Assembly: GCA_963783575.1 (NCBI GenBank)
Contig: CAWAOD010000011.1
Coordinates: 448,001 to 512,000, forward strand
Length of the DNA stretch: 64,000 nt
Source: an uncultured Spirochaetota bacterium
GTDB lineage: Bacteria > Spirochaetota > Brevinematia > Brevinematales > JAOACQ01
Reading direction: 5' to 3'
The position numbers and the translations under genes are program-made. A model generated the notes under the pieces. That model made no database searches. It saw only the letters and a list, made by a program, of their open reading frames with translations, and had not been told where the DNA came from. The stretch's first letter is position 1; each line of letters begins with the position of its first letter. This document shows, one piece after another, positions 32,494 through 43,784 of this stretch.

Positions 32494-33510
32494 TTATACA
32501 CCGTAAGTTTTCTTGTTATATCTGTTTATCTCATCGGTAATTATCGGATCCACATGAGGATAAATCGTTCCTATTGCGCCGTATGTGATGCATGGTATAA
32601 AATGGCCCCTGGGAGCGTATTCTTCACAAGCTCTTCTTGTCTCGTTCCTTATCTCTTCTTCGGTCGCATCTGCGCGGTCTACTATTGCGGCATCAATTCC
32701 ACCCATCAGTGTCATACGGCCGTCAAGTTTTTCCTGAATTTCCGGAATATCGTTTTGAGGAAGAACCCCCTGCCAAATATCTATACCAAGTTCAGCCATA
32801 TCTTCAACTATCGGCTCAAGATAAGAATCCGCGTGATGCATAATAATTACTCGTTTGTCTTTCATATATTTATAGGTTTTTATATATTGTGGTTTGATAA
32901 ATTCACGCCAGGCATCCGGATTCATAAACAGATTAGATTTAGTCCCCCAGTCGTCATGACTCAGCATAATATCCGGCTTCAGATTGTCGACTATTAATTT
33001 CATATAGTTATAGCGGTATTCACCGACGACCTGGCAGAATTCTGCCATATATTCCGGCTCGATCAGCATGTTCGTTAAAGTATCTTCAAACCCCATAAGA
33101 AAATGCAGCTGCTCAAACACACCGGTAGGCATAAATGTCATAAGCAGATAATTTTCACGGTCAATCTTGGAAATGGCTTCAAGGGCCGGTTCCCAAAGTT
33201 TCGGATCAGAGCAGTTTGCTAAAAGATCCGGTACTTTTATATATTCTCTCCATTTTGTAATATCAGGTAATACCTTGTCATCAGGAGTGACATGAGGCAT
33301 TACTCCATATTGATCTTCCGGCCACAAAACTGTTGTTCCCCATCTATCCTTGAGTGGCGGCATTCCTCTAAAACGTTTTCCCCGAATGTAAGCTGCAACC
33401 GGTTCGGCAAGGAAAAATATGCAATTCTCGTACTGATTAACCAGGCGATCTGGCTTACCGTATTTTCTTACTGTCTCAAGAAAATTTTCTTTGGCTGTCA
33501 GCAATCTCAT
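32494..33510 (-). CDS. UroD/MtaA-CmuA family methyltransferase (corrinoid MT1-like), last gene of cassette 2
   Basis: DRWG, GVFEQLHFLMGFEDTL, HDDWGTK, MHHADS, MGGID, FIPC. Confidence 0.8.
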   Translation of the reverse strand: MRLLTAKENFLETVRKYGKPDRLVNQYENCIFFLAEPVAAYIRGKRFRGMPPLKDRWGTTVLWPEDQYGVMPHVTPDDKVLPDITKWREYIKVPDLLANCSDPKLWEPALEAISKIDRENYLLMTFMPTGVFEQLHFLMGFEDTLTNMLIEPEYMAEFCQVVGEYRYNYMKLIVDNLKPDIMLSHDDWGTKSNLFMNPDAWREFIKPQYIKTYKYMKDKRVIIMHHADSYLEPIVEDMAELGIDIWQGVLPQNDIPEIQEKLDGRMTLMGGIDAAIVDRADATEEEIRNETRRACEEYAPRGHFIPCITYGAIGTIYPHVDPIITDEINRYNKKTYGV

Positions 33511-33628
33511 CCTTCCTTATACATTTATTGAAAAATGAAGATTTTAATAGACGATATATTACTGAAATAACTTAAATAAGTCAAAAAACAAGCTATCTAA
33601 TCCCAAATTGCCTTCAAAATTTAAATTA

Positions 33629-35286
33629 TTATTCGTCATCCAGAGTTTCAAAATATTGATCACCAAGATCATTCGGATTAAAGGCTTTTTTGATTTTCGA
33701 CTGATATCTAAAAGCATTCGGCTGAGGGGCTGCAAGATGCATTTTATCACGTTCTTCTTTCGGAGTAGTCCGTCCATCCGAACCTCTTGCGGCAGCATTC
33801 CATTTTTCCATACCACATGCAATCCAGCCATTTTTTTGTGAAAACTCAGATGCGGCATTGAAAAATTCCAGCGTCCCTTCTGTTGATTCCCTGTCAAAAG
33901 GATCCCAGCATGTAAAGTTTTCCCAAAGACCTGTTCCTCCGCCTCCCTGTCCTCCAATGGGGCCCATCATACAATCGCCTCCGGCATCAACAATCGCTCC
34001 CTTTTTCTCCCATGGGATTTTAAACTGAGCACTTTCCTCAGCATGGGCAGCTCCGTAATCCATAGGCATTAATAATCCGTAACATCCGTCATAGCCGCCG
34101 CCGAAAACAAGATTTAAATTCTTATGCCCTAACCTTACCAGGTAAAGCAATACCCAATCTCTAATTTCAGGCGCATTCATTGCTTCAACCTTCCATCCGC
34201 CCGTTTGTTTAAGAATTTCATCGAGAGCCTTGTCCTGCCATTCGATATCATTTTTCGTCATTCCTGCCATAACAAACTGGAAATCTCTAATGGATTCGTC
34301 AGTAACTTTTTTGACTTCTGGATCCTCAAGAAATTTTTCAAGGTCATTGAGAGTTTTTGTAGGATCGGTAAGAATCTTAACCATCGCATATTTTAAATCC
34401 CTTCCCAACATATTGAATTGTCTATGACCAAGATATCCGATTCCCGCGTCCCAGATTGCATAAGCGCCGTCAGCCCAGGCTTTCCATGATGGGAATGAAA
34501 GTGTATATGCTCTAAATTTTTCTGTCAAATTCATCCTGTACGCAGGAACAATTCCTTCAACCGGCAATTTCGCAGGTCCGGGCCATGCAAAAAGCTTTAC
34601 CGAACATTTGGTGAAAACACCCATTGCCCCTTTAGTTCCCAATAATCCTCTGAATATTCCCCTCATGTCGGTCCTGGCCCTTCGCCGCAAAACCATCCGC
34701 AACCCGATCCTAAAGAACCTGTCCGCAAAATCTCTCCGTCAGGCATTACCCACTCAACTCCGAGAAGGTTTTCATATAATGACCCGCCATAAAGATTTCC
34801 TGGTCCGGAACCCAAATAAGCGGCTGCGCTTGCCAGAACCGAACCGCTGCATCCTGATCCGGGAATATGAGTATTCAATCCCACTTTCATCGCTTCAGCC
34901 TGAAGTTGAGCCCCGATTACCCCAGGTTCAACTACTGCTATCATATTTTTTTCATCAATTTCTATAATTCTGTCCATTCTTCTCATATCCAGCTGGATCG
35001 TATCGTCTTCTGACGGATATCCCATAGCAGCCCAGAATGTACTTGCTGCCTTAAATTTTACTTTATATTTATTGCAAACTCTTACAATTGCCTGAACTTC
35101 TTCCAAACTTCCGGGAAGTAAAACGGCAGCTCCCCGGGGACTATAAACATCAAAAAAAGGTCCCTGATGGTTTGAAGTTTGAGACATTGAATATCTATAT
35201 GAATCAAGCAATGCCGGATCGTTTGAAATATTTTTTGAACCGACAATTTCTTTAAGCGCCGAATAAATTTCATTTGATAATGCCAT
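33629..35286 (-). CDS. FAD-binding oxidoreductase (VAO/PCMH/GlcD superfamily), cassette 2 third enzyme gene, apparent frameshift at ~34668
   Basis: 34663..35286 plus 33629..34702 are collinear with the 23943..25597 paralog (EGPGP/MRGIFRG vs [21 protein letters not shown] vs RLGHKHLN). Confidence 0.85.
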
Positions 35287-35297
35287 TTTGACCTCCT

Positions 35298-36569
35298 TTA
35301 TAAGGCTTTAAAAACCAGTTCAACGATATCGTAAACTTCCATTGTTCCCTTATTTTCTTCTATGGCTTCAATAAAGTTGCTCTCACACCACGGGCACGCA
35401 GATACCATCGCTTTTGCGCCTGTGGTTTTTGCTTCATCTATTCTTTCCATTGCAGTCCACTTTGATAATTCGGGGTACGCCTCACGTACTCCTCCGCCTG
35501 ATCCGCAGCACCAGCTGTATTCCCGTATTCTTTCCATTTCAACAAGTTCAATTCCGGGAATACTTTTTAAAATATTTCTTGGCGGTTCATATACTCCCCA
35601 GGCACCGTTATATCTTGGTTTTTTCGGTTCATAAACAATGATTTGGTTTTTGATTTTCTTTTCTTTTCCGCTCCAGGGTATATAAGGTTCTCCCTGTCTT
35701 CCAAGATGGCATGGATCGTGGTAGGTGACAGTCATTGGGATTTTTTTAGTAAATTTCATTTTTCCTTCTTTAATCAAGCCATCAATGTATTCGACAGAAT
35801 GAATTACTTCAATTCTGGAACCGTATTTCGGATAAAGATGCTTGAAAGTGTAATAACAATCCGAACATGAAGTTACAATTTTTTTAACTCCGGATTTTTC
35901 CCATAAAGCAATATTTGCTTTTGCAATTTTCTCAAATTCGGCATCATATCCCATTGAATATATTCTTCCGCCGCAACACATTTCTTTTCCACCCATAATT
36001 GCAAAATCAATTTTCATTTTCTGGAAAATCTGTGCGGCTGTGCACACCGTGTTTTGTAATTTCTCGTCAAAACTGTATCTGCATCCTGCAAAAAAGAGAA
36101 CTTCTTTTTTTTCAGTTCCAAGAACCTGCAGATTTAATCCATCCGACCATTTACCCCTTTTACTCCTTGGCTGAGACATCGAATTTTGATCTTTATTCAA
36201 ACTTTCAATAATCTTTTCATGAACTTTTAATCCTTGTCCATCCTTAACGAGTTTTGATTTAAGTTCTCTTACCATTTCAAGTGGTTCTAGATTATAGCGG
36301 CATATTTTACAGCTCACATCGCATGAGCCGCAATTAAGGCAAGAAAAAGCAATATCCTGTACGGTTTCAGAATAAGTACTCTGTCCTTTCAGCAAAGACC
36401 TTCCTACCAGATACCTACCTCGCGCAGAATAACTGTTAAAATTATTATAAGAAACGCTCGGACAATTTTTAGCAAACCGCCAGCTTTTTACCTGATCGAA
36501 TGGAACCCATTTACAGTAAGAACATGCGCTGCATCGTTCCATTTCAGCCAAAAATTTTTCCAAAGCCAT
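35298..36569 (-). CDS. Fe-S oxidoreductase with CCG domains (GlcF/HdrD-like), cassette 2
   Basis: CSACSYC...[35 protein letters not shown]; 423 aa, same length as the cassette 1 paralog. Confidence 0.9.
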   Translation of the reverse strand: MALEKFLAEMERCSACSYCKWVPFDQVKSWRFAKNCPSVSYNNFNSYSARGRYLVGRSLLKGQSTYSETVQDIAFSCLNCGSCDVSCKICRYNLEPLEMVRELKSKLVKDGQGLKVHEKIIESLNKDQNSMSQPRSKRGKWSDGLNLQVLGTEKKEVLFFAGCRYSFDEKLQNTVCTAAQIFQKMKIDFAIMGGKEMCCGGRIYSMGYDAEFEKIAKANIALWEKSGVKKIVTSCSDCYYTFKHLYPKYGSRIEVIHSVEYIDGLIKEGKMKFTKKIPMTVTYHDPCHLGRQGEPYIPWSGKEKKIKNQIIVYEPKKPRYNGAWGVYEPPRNILKSIPGIELVEMERIREYSWCCGSGGGVREAYPELSKWTAMERIDEAKTTGAKAMVSACPWCESNFIEAIEENKGTMEVYDIVELVFKAL

Positions 36570-36596
36570 ATATTTACTCCTTTATTGTTATCTTTT

Positions 36597-38063
36597 TCAA
36601 AAGCAGAGTTTATGGGGATTCATGATATGATTAGGGTCAAAAATATCTTTTATTTTCTTCATTGTAATTGTAGTTCTTGCATCCCTGTTATAGGTCATTT
36701 CCGACCATATTCCATAAGGCCGAGAGAAATAAGCGCCTTGATTCTGTATAACTATGCTTGCATCATTAAACAATTTTTCAGATTTCAAAATTTCGGAACC
36801 ATCTTTGTTATTCACCGGTAATATAAACTCGCAATGACAGCTTACTCCCTGATGAGCAGGCTGTAAATAAACCCCAATATCTGAAACCGGATATTGATGT
36901 TCTTTTGCTTTATTACTCATTTTAATAATGAAATCCGGTGTTTTATCCATTGTCGTCATAAAGAATATTTCTTTCATGCTTCCTTTGCTTCTTATTTTCC
37001 AGTATGGGTTTTCAGACGGTTTTTGTAATATCTCATAGAAGTCCTGACTTCGGCATTCTCCAATCTGATTTTCCAATTTTAAACCGAATTGCTGGGCAAT
37101 ATCTCTGATATCCGCTTCCTGTCCTTCAACTTTTTCTTTAGGTAAAATTTCACCGCCTGTAATCCCTATAATAACTGCCCATTCGGGTAATATTGATTTT
37201 AAAGATTCTGTTTCGTCTGAATTTTTTGATAAGATATTGGCAAAATAAGCGTTATTTATAATAAATAATTCATCGCCGAATCTAAATCTCAGAAGTTTGT
37301 AAGTAAAATCGATCAGGCTGTTTATGTTATTGGAAGGGACAAAAAACAATTTCCTGTATGATGGCAGAACTTCGCATTTTACAGAAGCCCAGGTTACAAT
37401 ACCCATACTTCCCTGCGCGCCTGAAATAAGCCGGTAATAATCTACCTGAGCCGGCCCCGGACCTGTTGCCGGTACGATTCCTTTTTCCCAATCCTCCTCT
37501 TTTAAACTGCGAAATCCACCGCTCCCGCTCCATAATTTATCACCGTTTCCCCATATTATTTCAAGGCTTCTTAAAGGATCCATCATATTCCACTGGAACC
37601 TCGGAGAAACTATCGGCTCACGTTCTAAAAGACTTGCTATAACAGATTTATTCATCCTCGGTAAAAGAGGAGTAATAAGCCTCATACCTTCTTTTTCAAG
37701 AGCAGGCTGGAGTTCTGAATATGTAACTCCAGGTTCTATAACAGCCAATCTATTTCTTCTGTTTATTTTCAAAATTTTTTTCATTTTAGTCAAATCTACT
37801 ATTACCGCTTCCGGTAAGGAAGGAGCACTGTCTCCGCGTATATGCGGAGCCCCCGAACTGACAGGTATAAGCGGAGTTTTAGTTTCATTTGCCCATTTTA
37901 CGACTTCCTGAATTTGACCGACTTCAGCCGGCTTAACAACAAACCAGGGTTTGATATTCATTCCAGAGCTATTATCATTTTTGTAATTATCAAGAATCTC
38001 CGGGTCATCCAAAACATTCTCTTGGCCTAAAATTTTTACAAGACTGTCTTTGGTGCCGTTCAT
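36597..38063 (-). CDS. FAD-binding oxidoreductase (VAO/PCMH/GlcD superfamily), cassette 2 first enzyme gene
   Basis: WANETKTPLIPVSSG, IEPGVTY, GAQGSMGIV, FDPNHIMNPHKL. Confidence 0.9.
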   Translation of the reverse strand: MNGTKDSLVKILGQENVLDDPEILDNYKNDNSSGMNIKPWFVVKPAEVGQIQEVVKWANETKTPLIPVSSGAPHIRGDSAPSLPEAVIVDLTKMKKILKINRRNRLAVIEPGVTYSELQPALEKEGMRLITPLLPRMNKSVIASLLEREPIVSPRFQWNMMDPLRSLEIIWGNGDKLWSGSGGFRSLKEEDWEKGIVPATGPGPAQVDYYRLISGAQGSMGIVTWASVKCEVLPSYRKLFFVPSNNINSLIDFTYKLLRFRFGDELFIINNAYFANILSKNSDETESLKSILPEWAVIIGITGGEILPKEKVEGQEADIRDIAQQFGLKLENQIGECRSQDFYEILQKPSENPYWKIRSKGSMKEIFFMTTMDKTPDFIIKMSNKAKEHQYPVSDIGVYLQPAHQGVSCHCEFILPVNNKDGSEILKSEKLFNDASIVIQNQGAYFSRPYGIWSEMTYNRDARTTITMKKIKDIFDPNHIMNPHKLCF

Positions 38064-38093
38064 CTATTGCCTCCCCATCTTTAATTAAAAAAA

Positions 38094-38130
38094 GTTACGA
38101 GTGGCTAATATTAAGTCTGCCACTCGTAAC
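38094..38130. terminator. Intra-operon stem-loop, copy 2
   Basis: gttacgagtggc-13 nt-gccactcgtaac, followed by a T7 tract on the minus strand. Confidence 0.7.
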
Positions 38131-38181
38131 AGTAATATTTTTTATTCTTTGAATTATGCCGGTTTGTATTTTATCTCAATC

Positions 38182-39402
38182 CTATGCTTGTTTAAGTGAT
38201 TTTCTAATTCTGCCTGCAACGGGCAATATAAACAACCCGGCAAACAGGGTAATTGGAATCAGGACGATCAGCACTTGTGCCGCAGTTTTTCCACCGCCCA
38301 GTAAAACACCAGCAAGCATAGGCCCGGCAATCGTACCAAGGCGTCCGAAGGATACGGTTGCTCCGACACCGGTATTTCTGATTTCAGCCGGATAACAGAG
38401 CGGAGCGAAAGCGTAAAGGATAGACTGTGCACCGGTTACTGCAAGGCCTATGACGAATGCTACAGGCAATATCAGTCCGAAATTCAGGGAAGCGAAGCCT
38501 AATATGGCTAAAAATACTGCAAGCGCAATATACGCAGTAATAGGCGTAGAAAATGTAAATTTCTTATCCAGCATATAGCCCGCTAATGCCGCTCCTGCGG
38601 AAGAACCTAAGTTATAAATCATCTGGATAACCTGCGCATTCTGCTTGGATAGCCCCATAGCTTCCATTAAAGAAGGCATCCAGCCTAAAAGTAAATACAT
38701 AACCAGAAGTGTCAGAAACGTAGCCAGCCATATGGATATCGTTGTGGTTCCCTGACCCTTTCCGAAGATCCCGGATAGTAAATTACCACCTGATGCCATA
38801 GATTCAGTTTCCTTTTTTGATAAAACCGGTTCTTCTTTAGGAAGGAAAAACGCGAGAAGAGGCGCGACAATAATAGGAGCCAGACCACCTATCAGGTAAA
38901 CAGGCTTCCAGTTATTGCCGAAAGCTCCAATCATCATTACTACACTGGAAAGCAACCCGCCTATTGGAATGGCGCAGTAAATAAAACCTACTGCCCTTTT
39001 CTTAAGGTGTGCAGGGCTGTGGTCGCTGGTCAGGGCTATAACAACCGGCATAGCCGCCCCCAGTCCGAGACCGGTAAAAAACCTTGCCACCATAAGCGAC
39101 GAAAGTCCGGTAGCAAACAGTGTTGAAATCGATGAAATACCGAACAATAAAACGCCCGTTACTACAACCGGCTTTCGTCCAAAACGATCGGCCAGAAAAC
39201 CGCCCAGTACTGCTGCAATAAAAACGCCTATGGCGCTTGCCCCAAGGAAAGCACCCATCTGGGCAGGTATAAAATGAAAAGCTGGTGCGAGCCTTGGTGC
39301 GGAAACACCGGCAGCCTGGAGATCAAATCCCTCCAGTAAAATAACAAGAGCGCATAAAATAATAACACGATAGGTATGAAGCGATTTTACAGTGTTTTCC
39401 AT
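38182..39402 (-). CDS. MFS transporter, aromatic acid:H+ symporter family (MhpT-like), cassette 2
   Basis: Close paralog of 28503..29720 with the same motifs. Confidence 0.88.
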   Translation of the reverse strand: MENTVKSLHTYRVIILCALVILLEGFDLQAAGVSAPRLAPAFHFIPAQMGAFLGASAIGVFIAAVLGGFLADRFGRKPVVVTGVLLFGISSISTLFATGLSSLMVARFFTGLGLGAAMPVVIALTSDHSPAHLKKRAVGFIYCAIPIGGLLSSVVMMIGAFGNNWKPVYLIGGLAPIIVAPLLAFFLPKEEPVLSKKETESMASGGNLLSGIFGKGQGTTTISIWLATFLTLLVMYLLLGWMPSLMEAMGLSKQNAQVIQMIYNLGSSAGAALAGYMLDKKFTFSTPITAYIALAVFLAILGFASLNFGLILPVAFVIGLAVTGAQSILYAFAPLCYPAEIRNTGVGATVSFGRLGTIAGPMLAGVLLGGGKTAAQVLIVLIPITLFAGLFILPVAGRIRKSLKQA

Positions 39403-39422
39403 GAATATCCTCCAAAATATTT

Positions 39423-39480
39423 ATTCACCGAACTAGTTCTGCTAACTGATTCATTTTAAAACTATTGTTAAAAAAGTCAA
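39423..39480 (-). promoter_or_regulatory. Sigma70 promoter of cassette 2 with abutting operator-like repeat
   Basis: Minus strand: TTGACT-16 bp-TAAAAT-gaatcagtta-gca-gaactagttc-ggt-gaat. Confidence 0.75.
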
Positions 39481-39662
39481 TAGTTTTAATAAATAAAATA
39501 TTTTTTCAGGATATCGAACCTAAAGAAGGCAGTGAAGTAATGATTATATTATTACACAAGCAATCTCGCCTTTGGAATAGCGGTTAGAGCTGTTATTTAA
39601 GCCTCTTTTGACTTTTTTCATTATTCATTTTAATATAAATAGATATTATTTTGGAGGTATAA

Positions 39663-41011
<1,349 letters not shown>

Positions 41012-41020
41012 AATCTATAG

Positions 41021-41058
41021 GCCTTCTTTGAAGTAAGTTTAAAGAAGGCTTTTTTTTT
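41021..41058 (+). terminator. Intrinsic terminator after eno
   Basis: gccttcttt-11 nt-aaagaaggc followed by T9. Confidence 0.85.
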
Positions 41059-41228
41059 AAATTACTAAATTTAATTGATTCATTATAAATTGTCTTTTAT
41101 AATTCAAATGATTAATATTTGATTTTTATTTTAATTATTAAATACAACAAATTCAAACAGACTGAATTAATAGATCTATTTTGATTAATATTTATTGTTT
41201 TTTTAAAAATTAGTGACTTGCGGGCTTA

Positions 41229-42890
41229 GTGGGGGTTATGCCAAACATATTTTCTCTTCTGTCTTTTTTTGTTTTCTGCCTTAATATTATACTGGGCTTT
41301 TATATTTTAAATATTGATAAGAAATCGATGGTCAATAGATTATTTATTTCCTTATGCTTGTGTATGGCAATCTGGGCTTTTGCTTACACTTTTATTTATT
41401 CGAATAATGATCAGAAGAATATATGGATTTGGTACAAAATTTCCTCGATAGGCTGGTGCCTGTTTCCATCAGTTTCCCTGCATTTGATGCTAATTGTTTC
41501 AAAAAAAATTAATAAATTCAGTAATTCTATGCTGATCTTATTGTTATACCTGCCGGCAGTAATATTTTTTGCAGAAGTCTTAAGCGGAAATATGATAGCA
41601 ATAGGTTTTATAAAAAAATCATTCGGCAATATGGAAGTCTTAAATACTGGATCAATCTGGTATTGGCTTTATATCTTTTATTATTCATTATTTCCATTAA
41701 TAGGTTTTAATTTTATAGCAGGATGGGGTATTAAGACCAAATTTAAAATCGAAAAGAAACAATCGGCGGTAATTTTGTTGTCGGGCTGTATTGTTTTAAT
41801 TCTTGGTTCGGTCTTTAATATAATATTACCTTCAATGAAAATATATGCTATTCCTTCGATAGCTCCCATTATTTGTATTATATGGTTGGCTTTTATGGCA
41901 CATGCAATTTTAAATTATAAGATACTGAATTTAAATCCCGTAATTACCATGGATGAAATCATATCAAACATTCTGGATGTTATAATTATTGTTGATTCAG
42001 ATAATAAAATAATTAAAGTAAATCACAAACTTGAACAAGTTCTTAATTATAAAGAAAAGGAACTGATTGGAAAACCCATTGATTTTTTGATCTCAAAAAA
42101 TCAGATTGATCTAATTGAATATCAGAATATACAGCAAAATGTTACATCAAAAATGGGATGGGAAATTTTTTGTTATGATAAAAAGGGGGAGATTATACCA
42201 TTCAGTTTTTACAAAGCCCCTATAAAAAACCGCTATGAAGATATGATTGGTATTATATTCATAGGCCGGGATTTAAGATTGATCAAACGTCTGGAAAATG
42301 AAATCAATGACCGCCAGCTCGCTGAAATGGAACTAAAAAAAGCCAGAGATAATCTTGAAGCCAAGGTAATTGAAAGAACAAAGGAATTGGAATTGTATGC
42401 AACTACGGATACTATGACGGGTATTTATAATAGGCGGATCGGTTTATTAATGCTTGAAAAGGAAATTCACAGGTCAAAAAGGGATAAAACCAATCTAGCA
42501 GTCTGCTTTATCGATATTGACGATCTGAAATATATTAATGATACCTATGGACATATGGAAGGCGATTCATTAATTATGACTGTAGCCGATATTCTAAAAA
42601 AATCATTACGGAGATCCGACATAATTTGCCGTATGGGAGGGGATGAGTTTCTTCTCATACTTCCACGTTGTTCAAAATCACAAGGCTTATTGATCCGGAA
42701 TACCATTGAAAAGAAAATTAAAATAAAAAATGAACAACGTCAAAAAAAATACAAAATCAGTATAAGTTATGGATTTTCGGAGTTCGACTATTTAAATCCT
42801 CTATCGCTTGATGAACTTATTTCAATTGCCGATTTAGAGATGTATCAATATAAAAAAGATTCAAAAAAAAAACAAATTGACAAAATTTAG
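41229..42890 (+). CDS. Diguanylate cyclase: HisKA_7TM-like membrane sensor, PAS, GGDEF
   Basis: About 7 TM, PAS, DTMTGIYNRR, FIDIDDLKYINDTYGH, RRSD I-site, intact GGDEF. Confidence 0.92.
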   Translation: MGVMPNIFSLLSFFVFCLNIILGFYILNIDKKSMVNRLFISLCLCMAIWAFAYTFIYSNNDQKNIWIWYKISSIGWCLFPSVSLHLMLIVSKKINKFSNSMLILLLYLPAVIFFAEVLSGNMIAIGFIKKSFGNMEVLNTGSIWYWLYIFYYSLFPLIGFNFIAGWGIKTKFKIEKKQSAVILLSGCIVLILGSVFNIILPSMKIYAIPSIAPIICIIWLAFMAHAILNYKILNLNPVITMDEIISNILDVIIIVDSDNKIIKVNHKLEQVLNYKEKELIGKPIDFLISKNQIDLIEYQNIQQNVTSKMGWEIFCYDKKGEIIPFSFYKAPIKNRYEDMIGIIFIGRDLRLIKRLENEINDRQLAEMELKKARDNLEAKVIERTKELELYATTDTMTGIYNRRIGLLMLEKEIHRSKRDKTNLAVCFIDIDDLKYINDTYGHMEGDSLIMTVADILKKSLRRSDIICRMGGDEFLLILPRCSKSQGLLIRNTIEKKIKIKNEQRQKKYKISISYGFSEFDYLNPLSLDELISIADLEMYQYKKDSKKKQIDKI

Positions 42891-42904
42891 AATAGGAGAA
42901 CAAA

Positions 42905-43159
42905 ATGAGGCTAATTGGTTTGATTGTGATATTTGGTTTAATCGGCGCTGCGGCCGGATATTTAATTTTCGGGCAGTTTAACGGGCAATATCTAGCATTA
43001 CAAGATCTTTTTTTGAAACCGAAAAATATTCTGGGAAATCTCGGCCAGGCAATAACCGGAGCTGCCAGAATACGCCAGAATATCCTTATTTGTGGAACAG
43101 CCGGAGCGGCAGCCGGCCTTATTATCGGATTATTTACTGGATCGAAATCAAGGCGCTGA
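42905..43159 (+). CDS. Small membrane protein
   Basis: RBS aggag; two Gly/Ala-rich hydrophobic segments. Confidence 0.65.
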   Translation: MRLIGLIVIFGLIGAAAGYLIFGQFNGQYLALQDLFLKPKNILGNLGQAITGAARIRQNILICGTAGAAAGLIIGLFTGSKSRR

Positions 43160-43167
43160 TATTTTTA

Positions 43168-43542
43168 TTAATTAATTTCACCTAATACACGTTCGATTGT
43201 TTCCTGCAATTCATCAATATTAAAAGGTTTGTATAAGCATTCAAAGATGCTGTACTGACTGTCTTTCGATTCAAACACAAAATTGGGATCGGGACAGCTG
43301 CTGAAAATAACAACTTTCAGTTCCGGCTTTATTATTTTTATAATTTTCAGCGCTTCCAAACCTCCCATTACAGGCATATGAATATCCAGAAAAACAATAT
43401 CAAGAAAATTATTTTTTACCACTTCAACAGCTTCCATTCCATTTCTGGCTGTATATATTTTAAATCCCTGCGGTTCAAGAAGATAGCAGAATAAATCACG
43501 AATTCCCTCTTCATCGTCGGCAATTAGTATTTTCTTATCCAT
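43168..43542 (-). CDS. Single-domain response regulator
   Basis: ILIADDE, VFLDIHMP, YKPF. Confidence 0.9.
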   Translation of the reverse strand: MDKKILIADDEEGIRDLFCYLLEPQGFKIYTARNGMEAVEVVKNNFLDIVFLDIHMPVMGGLEALKIIKIIKPELKVVIFSSCPDPNFVFESKDSQYSIFECLYKPFNIDELQETIERVLGEIN

Positions 43543-43571
43543 TTAAGTCCTCATTTATTGGTAGATTTATG

Positions 43572-43592
43572 GCTCAGGGCAGGCTACTTGAC
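43572..43592. repeat. Partial REP-like unit
   Basis: gctcagggcaggctacttgac matches 63847-63867 and 7079-7099. Confidence 0.55.
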
Positions 43593-43709
43593 TAGGTTTT
43601 GATTCCTCACGAAACAAAGTTACGTATAGCTATATGGAGTTTAGCCCCCAATAGAAGATACTTTCAGTTTTTCTGATTTTAATACCTCAAGACTCTGCCT
43701 CAAGGATCT

Positions 43710-43784
43710 TTATATTTTTATTCCAGATTCTATCGGTGACAATGTTTTATCGATTATTAGATTTATATCCATTTTTTCGGCCTT
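43710..43784 (-). pseudogene. Histidine kinase gene remnant
   Basis: KAEKMDINLIIDKTLSPIESGIKI* aligns with KAEEADINQTIEETLSFVEARAKI of the kinase at 45338..47188 (13/24 identical). Confidence 0.45.

Noticed and set aside
32494..33510. True uroporphyrinogen decarboxylase (hemE)
   Set aside because: It lacks the HemE N-terminal RQAGR motif, and the context is corrinoid methyl transfer.
464..34668. Seven frameshifts (~470, ~2768, ~17301, ~21336, ~24257, ~30335, ~34668) as programmed frameshifting, phase variation or true pseudogenes
   Set aside because: Most lie in or beside short homopolymers, affect unrelated genes and leave both halves undecayed. This is typical of long-read indel error. 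Read-level checking is needed to be sure.
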